Origin: an uncultured Oscillospiraceae bacterium | GTDB taxonomy: Bacteria; Bacillota; Clostridia; Oscillospirales; Oscillospiraceae | Length of the DNA: 64,000 bases | NCBI GenBank assembly: GCA_959607825.1 | Contig: CAUHNW010000006.1 | Location: 6,757 to 70,756 of the forward strand | Direction of reading: 5' to 3' | Shown here: piece by piece, positions 57,333 through 64,000 of the stretch | How positions within the stretch are numbered: position 1 is the stretch's first letter | Layout: each line of letters begins with the position of its first letter | Position numbers and translations under genes: made by a program | Notes under the pieces: model-generated | Databases searched by the model: none | What the model saw: the letters and a program-made list of their open reading frames with translations, nothing else | What the model was told of the DNA's origin: nothing

Positions 57333-57539
57333 TCGAAGGCCGCAGAACAGAGCCAGCAGTCCCCAGACAATGGCCCCGGCGCACAGCAGGAACAGCGTCC
57401 CTTCCACAAGATAGGGGAGGGCAGCCCAGAGCAGCCGCCGGAACACCAGCTTTCGGCGAAAGTCTGCCTGCGAGGCAGCACGCTTTGGCATGGGGACGGT
57501 AAAGAGATCACTGACATAGACATCATTGGTAGTACGCAT
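57330..57539 (-). CDS. Hypothetical small membrane protein, 69 aa
   Basis: Strong AGGAGG RBS 8 nt upstream of the ATG. One C-terminal TM segment. No recognisable family. Confidence 0.35.
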   Translation of the reverse strand: MRTTNDVYVSDLFTVPMPKRAASQADFRRKLVFRRLLWAALPYLVEGTLFLLCAGAIVWGLLALFCGLR

Positions 57540-57667
57540 GGTTCATTCCTCCTGAGTGCATTTCATTTTGTGCCCTCAGTATAGCAAACAGAGCATACCA
57601 ATAATGGTACTTTTCTTTGCGGCGTAAAAGATCCGGCGGAGCACTCGTTCCGCCGGATCTTCTATCA

Positions 57668-58864
57668 TTATTCGCCCTTCAAGCCGTATTCCGCCGCCAA
57701 TTCCCCAAAATAGGGAAGGCTGCGGACAATGGTATCGTAGGCCACACAGTAGGCAATGCGCACATAGCCGGGGCAGGCAAAGCTGGAACCGGGCACCATG
57801 AGGATATGGTACTTTTTCGCACGCTCTACAAACTCTTTCTCGTCCTCGGTGGGCGCTTTGACGAAGAGGTAGAAGGCGCCCTGGGGCTTGATGCACCGGA
57901 AGCCGCAGGCTTTGAGCCCGCCATACAGGGCTTCCCGGTTCCGGTCATAGGCTGCAATATCCGTCTTTTCCTCCAAACAGCGGGCCACGGCCCGCTGCAT
58001 GAGAGACGGGGCGTTGACAAAGCCCGACACCCGGGTGGCGATGCCCGCCGCAGCATAGAGCAGGTCATAGTCTGCGGCCTCGCCGGGGATCACCAGATAG
58101 CCGATGCGCTCCCCAGGCAGGGACAGGGACTTGGACCAGCTGTAGCAGACGATGGTATTGGCATAGTATTCGGTGAGATAGGGAACCTCTACCCCGTCAT
58201 AGGCCAGCTCCCGGTAGGGTTCATCGGAGATCAGATAAATGTCCGTACCGTATTCATGCTGCTTCTCCCTGAGAATGCGGGAAAGCTCCATGCAGGTCTC
58301 ACGGGAGTATACTACGCCGGTGGGGTTATTGGGATTGTTGATGATAACAGCCTTGGTTTTGGCCGTGATCTTCTCTGCAAATTCCCGCAGGTTTGGCTGG
58401 AAATCCACGGTGTTGGGGGACACCACCACAAGCTCGCCGTCGTAGTTTGCTACATAGTTGCCATACTCCGTAAAGTAGGGGGCAAAGGTCAGCACTTCAT
58501 CCCCGGGATTCAGCAGAGTTTTGAGGATCACATTGAGACCTCCCGCCGCACCCACGGTCATAATGATATTATTCTCGTGAAAATCCGTGCCGAACTGACG
58601 ATTCAGGTGCTCTGCCACCGCCTGCCGCACATCGCTGTACCCCACATTGGACATATAGCCGTGAACCATCAGGGAGTCCTCATCCTGAAGAATATCCCGG
58701 ATGGCCTCCTTGACCGCCGCCGGAGCCGGCACCGAGGGATTGCCCAGAGAAAAGTCATAGACGTTTTCCGCCCCAAATTCCCGTGACATCTGCTGGCCCT
58801 CTTCAAACATGGCACGGATCACGGAGTTATTCTCCGCCAGACGCTTCATTTTTTCCGAGATCAT
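57668..58864 (-). CDS. Class I/II PLP-dependent aminotransferase (aspartate/aromatic type)
   Basis: Start at MISEKMKRL behind an AAAGGAGA RBS, in an ATGA overlap with the glpK stop. NPxNPTG and SKSLSLPGERIGY (Lys) motifs. Confidence 0.85.
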   Translation of the reverse strand: MISEKMKRLAENNSVIRAMFEEGQQMSREFGAENVYDFSLGNPSVPAPAAVKEAIRDILQDEDSLMVHGYMSNVGYSDVRQAVAEHLNRQFGTDFHENNIIMTVGAAGGLNVILKTLLNPGDEVLTFAPYFTEYGNYVANYDGELVVVSPNTVDFQPNLREFAEKITAKTKAVIINNPNNPTGVVYSRETCMELSRILREKQHEYGTDIYLISDEPYRELAYDGVEVPYLTEYYANTIVCYSWSKSLSLPGERIGYLVIPGEAADYDLLYAAAGIATRVSGFVNAPSLMQRAVARCLEEKTDIAAYDRNREALYGGLKACGFRCIKPQGAFYLFVKAPTEDEKEFVERAKKYHILMVPGSSFACPGYVRIAYCVAYDTIVRSLPYFGELAAEYGLKGE

Positions 58865-60390
58865 TTCAGGTTCTCCTTTCGGGTTGCGGCGTGGCCCCAT
58901 GCCATGGACAGCTCCACAGCGGTGCGCCAGAGGCTCCGCAGCTCCATTCGTGTCTCCGGGGCCATGTCAGGGGTGAATACCCGGTCTGTCTTCTGGAGAC
59001 CGGAGAGCTCGTCCAGACCGCTCCATACGCCGGTGGCAAGGCCGGCAAGATAAGCAGCGCCTGCTGCCGTGGTCTCTACCATCTGAGGCCGGATCACGGG
59101 GATCTCCAGCAGGTCAGACTGGAACTGCATCATAAAATCGCTGACGGATGCACCGCCGTCTACCCGGAGCTCCGCCATGGGCGTCCGGGATTCCATGGCC
59201 ATGGTGTCCACCAGATCTCCCACCTCATAGGCAATGGATTCCAGCACCGCCCGGCACATATGGGCCTTGCCGGAGCCCCGGGTCAGGCCAAAGAAGCTGC
59301 CCCGGGCGTCTACATCCCAATAGGGTGCGCCCAGACCCGTAAAGGCCGGAACGAAATAGACGCCCTCGTTACTTTTCAGCGTCTCTGCCTGCAAATCACA
59401 CTCGTGGGCGGTGGCGATCACCTTGCACTCATCCCGGAGCCATTGGATGGCCGAGCCTGCATGAAAAGCGCTGCCCTCCAGCGCATAGGTGGTCTTGCCG
59501 CCAAGGCTCCAGGCCACCGATGTAAGCAGCCCCCGGCTGGAACGGACGCTCTCTTCCCCGGTGTTCAGCAGGGTGAAGCAGCCGGTACCATAGGTGTTTT
59601 TGGCCTGTCCGGGCGCAAAGCAGCCCTGCCCAAACAGAGCCGCCGCCTGATCGCCTGCTGAGCCGGAAATCGGGGTATTCTCCAGCATTTCAAGTCCCCC
59701 AAGGCCCCGGGCCACCCGGCCATAGACCATGGAGGAGGGCACCGGCTGGGGCAGCATGCACATTGGGATGTTCAAAAGGCCACAGAGCTCCGGGTCCCAG
59801 CAGAGCTTGTTGATATCAAAGAGCATGGTGCGGGAGGCATTGGAATAGTCCGTCACGTGGGCCTTGCCGCCGGTGAGGTTCCAGATCAGCCAGGAATCCA
59901 CGTTGCCGAACAGGATCTCGCCCTTTTCCGCCCGGGCCTGAAGGCTGGGGTCCTGATCCAGCAGCCAGCGGATCTTGGTGCCGGAGAAATAGGGATCGAT
60001 GAGAAGGCCCGTGCGGCTGAGCACCAGATTTGCCGCACCATCGGCGGTGAGCCGGTCACAGATGGGGGCCGTCCGGCGGCACTGCCACACAATGGCGTTG
60101 GCCACAGGCCGTCCGGTGGCTTTTTCCCAGAGGATGGTGGTCTCCCGCTGGTTGGTGATGCCAATGGCGGCAATATCCGTGGGGCTCAGTCCGCTGCGCT
60201 CAAATGCCTCGGACATGGCAAGGATCTCCGTGGAGAGGATCTCCATGGGATCGTGCTCTACCCAGCCGGGCTTGGGATAGTGCTGGGGCAGGGGATACTG
60301 GGCTTTGGTGACAATATTGCCGGATTTATCGAAGATGATGGCCCGGGAGGAGGTGGTACCCTGATCCACGGCCAGAACATAGCCATTCAT
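58861..60390 (-). CDS. glpK: Glycerol kinase
   Basis: MNGYVLAVDQGTTSSRAIIFD...; FGGY-kinase motifs throughout. Confidence 0.95.
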   Translation of the reverse strand: MNGYVLAVDQGTTSSRAIIFDKSGNIVTKAQYPLPQHYPKPGWVEHDPMEILSTEILAMSEAFERSGLSPTDIAAIGITNQRETTILWEKATGRPVANAIVWQCRRTAPICDRLTADGAANLVLSRTGLLIDPYFSGTKIRWLLDQDPSLQARAEKGEILFGNVDSWLIWNLTGGKAHVTDYSNASRTMLFDINKLCWDPELCGLLNIPMCMLPQPVPSSMVYGRVARGLGGLEMLENTPISGSAGDQAAALFGQGCFAPGQAKNTYGTGCFTLLNTGEESVRSSRGLLTSVAWSLGGKTTYALEGSAFHAGSAIQWLRDECKVIATAHECDLQAETLKSNEGVYFVPAFTGLGAPYWDVDARGSFFGLTRGSGKAHMCRAVLESIAYEVGDLVDTMAMESRTPMAELRVDGGASVSDFMMQFQSDLLEIPVIRPQMVETTAAGAAYLAGLATGVWSGLDELSGLQKTDRVFTPDMAPETRMELRSLWRTAVELSMAWGHAATRKENLK

Positions 60391-60591
60391 ACTGCGTCGT
60401 TCCTTTCGGATTGGAATTGGGCGGAGCCCTTTTTATAGTTTTACTGATTTCCACCATGAAAGTCAATGGTCAGATGGTTTTTCCAAAAGATAATCGTCAT
60501 TCTAAACGAAATTAAGGGTCTTTTCTTGTATGTTTCGGATTATCTGATATAATAAACCCACGCAAAATGAAAAAGAGCGGAGTGATACCCT

Positions 60592-61644
60592 ATGAAAAAA
60601 GCACTGCGGCGGGAGACCATGCGTCATTTACTGCCACGGATCATTTTATTTGCCCTGCTGGCGGCAGTATTTCTGGGCCTGTCCGGCAAGGGTCTTATCT
60701 GCATGGTACGAGGCCCCAAGGCCCTGTCCTCTGTGGATCCTTCAGAGCTGTCGGGAGAATATGTGTCCTTTGACGCAAGCGAGGTCATTGTGGCATTTGC
60801 CAACCTGACGGCGAAGTCCGACAGCTCCAGCAGCACCCTGAAAACCTACTATCTGCTGCCTGCGGGAGACGGCACATATCTTGCAGTCATGGATCGGAAG
60901 GAGCATCACGCCGATGTCATGGACAAGGCCATGGATCAGAGCCATGAATACTATCTGGGCGATCTGGAGACCCTGACGAAGCTGGGCAGTCTCAGCGGCA
61001 CCGCCGCAGCGCTGGATGATGATATGACCGGGTATATGTCTGACTGCATCGAAAAATATCAGCTGCCCGGTTATACAGAGGGCGGCGATACCTTGGCGCT
61101 GATCCGTCCCGTTCAGATCAATCTGGATCATGTTGGCCTGTTCTCTACTACCATCACGCTGCTGCTCGGAGGCGTGGGGCTGGTATTCCTGATCCTGATG
61201 CTGGCATTCCTGATTCCCGCCATGATGGGCCATTACCAGAAGAAGGCCATGGCGGTAGTGCTGAACGACCATACCACGGAAGAAGCGGAAGCTCTTTACG
61301 CCGAGGCTTCGCCGCTGGAACGGGTGAAGGTGGGCGAATATCTGTTCTATCAGAAGGGCGCCTATACGCTGGCAGAAAAAACCGCAGATCTCATCTGGGG
61401 CTATCCCATGCCGGAGCCGCTGGTGGTCAGTAAATACCGCTGGCCGGTGGCCCTCTATGACCGGGAGCAGAACATGATTCAGGTCTGCTTCCGGGAGCAG
61501 AAGGACTGCAAGGCCCTGCTGGAGGCCATCCGCTCTCAGGGAAATCCATTTGTGGTGGGCTACACCAGCGAGCTCTCCCAGAAGTTCCAGCAGGACTTTG
61601 CTGGATTTGTCGCAGCGGCAGAGAAAGAATGCCATAATGCATAA
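60592..61644 (+). CDS. Hypothetical bitopic membrane protein, no recognisable family
   Basis: Promoter CTTGTA-17-TATAAT (60525..60553). N-terminal signal anchor, a ~150-aa ectodomain, a second TM segment (LFSTTITLLLGGVGLVFLILMLAFLIP), and a ~150-aa cytoplasmic C-domain. The antisense ORF is R/H/Q-rich junk. Confidence 0.6.
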   Translation: MKKALRRETMRHLLPRIILFALLAAVFLGLSGKGLICMVRGPKALSSVDPSELSGEYVSFDASEVIVAFANLTAKSDSSSSTLKTYYLLPAGDGTYLAVMDRKEHHADVMDKAMDQSHEYYLGDLETLTKLGSLSGTAAALDDDMTGYMSDCIEKYQLPGYTEGGDTLALIRPVQINLDHVGLFSTTITLLLGGVGLVFLILMLAFLIPAMMGHYQKKAMAVVLNDHTTEEAEALYAEASPLERVKVGEYLFYQKGAYTLAEKTADLIWGYPMPEPLVVSKYRWPVALYDREQNMIQVCFREQKDCKALLEAIRSQGNPFVVGYTSELSQKFQQDFAGFVAAAEKECHNA

Positions 61645-61693
61645 AGGAAAATCAGCGCTCCATTCGGGACTGCCGAATGAAGCGCTGATACAT

Positions 61694-62194
61694 TTATAAA
61701 AAGGTCAGCAGCATATCATACCATTCTGCGCCCCCGTGCTCCGAATCACTCAGGCCCTGACACACATAGCCCATGGATTCGTAGAACCCGATCTTCTCCT
61801 TTTTGCAGGTGAGGATCACGCCCTTCTGCCCGCCATTCCGGGCCCGCTGTACCAGCGCTTCCATCAGTGCCCTGGCAATGCCCCGATGCTGGTAGTCCGG
61901 GTCTACGGCAAGGCCGAACACCGTCTGCCATGGATTTTTCAGGCTGTGGGGGCAGTCCGGCTCATAGAGCTGGTCCCCCAGTACGGGCTCTGTGGTGCAG
62001 CAGCCGTTGATGAGACCGATGATGGTGCCTGCCTGATTCTCCGCCACCAGAAATCGCTCCGGGAACAGAGCAAGACGGGTCTCAAAGGCGGCTCGTGTGG
62101 CTGCCTCTGCCGGCGGGAAGCAGCGGTTTTCCACCCGGCAGACGGCATCTAAGTCCTCCGGACAGGCGGTACGGATGATGTATGTATGCTCCAT
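61694..62194 (-). CDS. GNAT-family N-acetyltransferase
   Basis: Start at MEHTYIIR. Acetyl-CoA motif QHRGIARALME. Confidence 0.8.
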   Translation of the reverse strand: MEHTYIIRTACPEDLDAVCRVENRCFPPAEAATRAAFETRLALFPERFLVAENQAGTIIGLINGCCTTEPVLGDQLYEPDCPHSLKNPWQTVFGLAVDPDYQHRGIARALMEALVQRARNGGQKGVILTCKKEKIGFYESMGYVCQGLSDSEHGGAEWYDMLLTFL

Positions 62195-62265
62195 TGTAAA
62201 AACTCCAAACTGTAAATGATTTCTGTATGATTGTAGCACCTCCCGCCGCATATTGCAATCAAACG

Positions 62266-62294
62266 TTGCATATTTTCCTATGAAATGGTATAAT
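62266..62294 (+). promoter_or_regulatory. Sigma-A promoter for dapF
   Basis: TTGCAT-17-TATAAT. Confidence 0.5.
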
Positions 62295-62350
62295 GCGGGC
62301 ATCACCCTTCGCCTTGGTGGAAAAAATCAGCAAAGCGGCTTGGAGGTATT

Positions 62351-63199
62351 ATGAAATTTACAAAAATGCAGGGCATCGGCAATGACTACGTCTATGTCAA
62401 CTGCTTTCAGGAGAAAATCGCCGCCCCCTCAGATCTGGCTGTCAGGATCTCTGACCGGCATTTGGGGGTTGGCTCTGACGGACTGATTCTGATCTGCCCC
62501 TCGGAGATCGCCGATTTTCAGATGGTCATGTACAACTCCGATGGGAGCCGGGCACAGATGTGCGGCAACGGTGTCCGCTGCGTGGGCAAATACGTCCATG
62601 ACAAGGGCCTGACCAGCAAGACTACGGTGACAGTGGAGACACTGGCCGGGGTCAAAACCCTTGCGCTGCATCTGCAGGAGGACGGCACCGTTGGCTCTGT
62701 CACCGTAGACATGGGCGCACCCATTCTCTGTCCTTCGGACATTCCCGCACTGGGAGCGGGTGATTCCTTCGTAAACCAGCCCTTGATGGTAGACGGAACG
62801 GAGTGGCTGGTGACGGCAGTTTCCATGGGCAACCCCCATGCCATCGTCTATGTGGATAACACCGAGCATCTGGATCTGCCGGCCATTGGCCCGGGCTTTG
62901 AGCATCATCCGGCCTTCCCGGAGCGCATCAATACAGAGTTTTTACAGGTCATCGACCGGCACACCATTCGGATGCGGGTATGGGAGCGTGGCGCCGGGGA
63001 AACTCTGGCCTGCGGCACCGGTGCCTGCGCCAGTCTGGTGGCTTCGGTGATCACCGGGAAAACAGACCGGGAGGCTACCTTACGGCTGCTGGGGGGCGAC
63101 CTGTTTATTCGCTGGGATCCGGATACGGGCCATGTATTTATGACCGGCCCCGCAGAATTTGTATTCGAAGGCGAATACCCCATTTCCACCAAGGAGTGA
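62351..63199 (+). CDS. dapF: Diaminopimelate epimerase
   Basis: KMQGIGNDYVYV plus the catalytic Cys pair (MCGNGVRC and ACGTGACA). Confidence 0.9.
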   Translation: MKFTKMQGIGNDYVYVNCFQEKIAAPSDLAVRISDRHLGVGSDGLILICPSEIADFQMVMYNSDGSRAQMCGNGVRCVGKYVHDKGLTSKTTVTVETLAGVKTLALHLQEDGTVGSVTVDMGAPILCPSDIPALGAGDSFVNQPLMVDGTEWLVTAVSMGNPHAIVYVDNTEHLDLPAIGPGFEHHPAFPERINTEFLQVIDRHTIRMRVWERGAGETLACGTGACASLVASVITGKTDREATLRLLGGDLFIRWDPDTGHVFMTGPAEFVFEGEYPISTKE

Positions 63200-63206
63200 T
63201 TCAATA

Positions 63207-64000
63207 TGGCAAACATCAACGAAAATTATCAGAAGCTTCCGGGCAGCTATCTCTTTGCGGAGATTGCCCGGCGGGTGGCGGCTTATACCACAGCCCATCC
63301 CGACAAAAAGCTCATCAAGCTGGGCATCGGTGACGTGACCCAGCCCCTTTGCCCCGCTGTAATCGAGGCCATGCACAAGGCCGTGGACGAAATGGGCAGT
63401 AAGGAGACCTTCCGGGGCTATGGCCCGGAGCAGGGCTATGATTTTCTTCGGGAAGCCATTCGACAGAATGATTTTCTGGCCCGGGGGGCGGATATCGCCA
63501 TGGACGAGATTTTTGTATCGGACGGAGCCAAGAGCGACTGCGGCAACATCGGGGATATCTTCTCGCGGGACAATGTGGTGGCAGTCTGCGACCCGGTGTA
63601 TCCGGTTTATGTGGATACCAATGCCATGGCGGGCAGGGCAGGGGAGTACCTTGCAGACAAGGAGATGTGGTCAAACATCTACTACATGCCCACCACTGCG
63701 GAAAACGGCTTCCTGCCGGAGCTGCCCAAGGTTCCCGTGGACATGATCTATCTGTGCTCTCCCAATAACCCCACCGGCACCACGCTGAATCGGGCCGCCC
63801 TTCAAAAGTGGGTGGATTACGCCAATGAAACCGGGGCCGTGATCCTCTTTGACGCAGCCTATGAGGCATTTATCACGCAGGAGGATGTGCCCCACACCAT
63901 CTATGAGATCCCCGGGGCAAAAACCTGCGCCATTGAGTTCCACAGCTTCTCCAAAACTGCGGGCTTTACCGGCAACCGCTGCGCCTATACCGTAGTGCCC
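63207..64000 (+). CDS. dapL: LL-diaminopimelate aminotransferase; 3' end lies beyond the window
   Basis: [25 protein letters not shown]...[18 protein letters not shown], the DapL signature. Runs to the window edge without a stop. Confidence 0.85.

Noticed and set aside
60567-60773. Alternative 68-aa ORF starting 25 nt upstream of the 60592 gene in another frame
   Set aside because: It overlaps the well-supported 350-aa ORF, and its product is low-complexity. The 60592 start has the better RBS spacing.
1-64000. Mobile elements, prophage genes or defence islands
   Set aside because: No transposase, integrase, recombinase, restriction-modification, toxin-antitoxin, Cas or phage-structural signatures appear in any frame. 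GC content and codon usage look uniform apart from short AT-rich promoter spacers.

Overview
High-GC (~60%) chromosomal segment from a spore-forming member of the Clostridia; the gene content (V-type ATPase, spoIIR, intact sigK, the dapL/dapF lysine route, a T-box tyrS leader and a SAM-I metK leader) suggests Oscillospiraceae/Ruminococcaceae, but that is a guess. The window looks like core genome. I found no transposase, integrase, phage genes, CRISPR array or recognisable defence system. Main content:
- an acyl-CoA dehydratase activase-like pair
- a CapA-family protein
- a complete nine-gene V-type ATPase operon
- Lrp with an aminotransferase
- DUF1015 with ispE, then spoIIR, addB/addA, a HAD hydrolase, dusB and an ECF sigma/anti-sigma pair
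- a BMP-family nucleoside ABC transporter with cdd
- a divergent VanW-like / LtaS-like envelope pair
- an overlapping DUF4234/DUF2752 membrane pair
- a T-box leader with tyrS
- a GntR regulator with an ABC-2 exporter
- a SAM-cycle cluster: ahcY and metK (behind a SAM-I riboswitch)
- a D-2-hydroxyacid dehydrogenase and a DnaQ-like exonuclease
- a molybdopterin oxidoreductase with its 4Fe-4S partner
- an intact pro-sigma-K gene
- a DUF5662::diaminopimelate decarboxylase fusion
- glpK, a GNAT acetyltransferase, and dapF with dapL
The most unusual observations are:
- a ~190-nt noncoding element present at two intergenic loci, one copy carrying four tandem 38-bp palindrome-containing repeats
- a rhomboid-like membrane protein with the catalytic Ser replaced by Cys and a C-terminal zinc ribbon
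- the DUF5662-LysA fusion
- a perfect palindromic operator over the GntR promoter
All calls rest on reading the translations and motifs by eye; no database search was possible.
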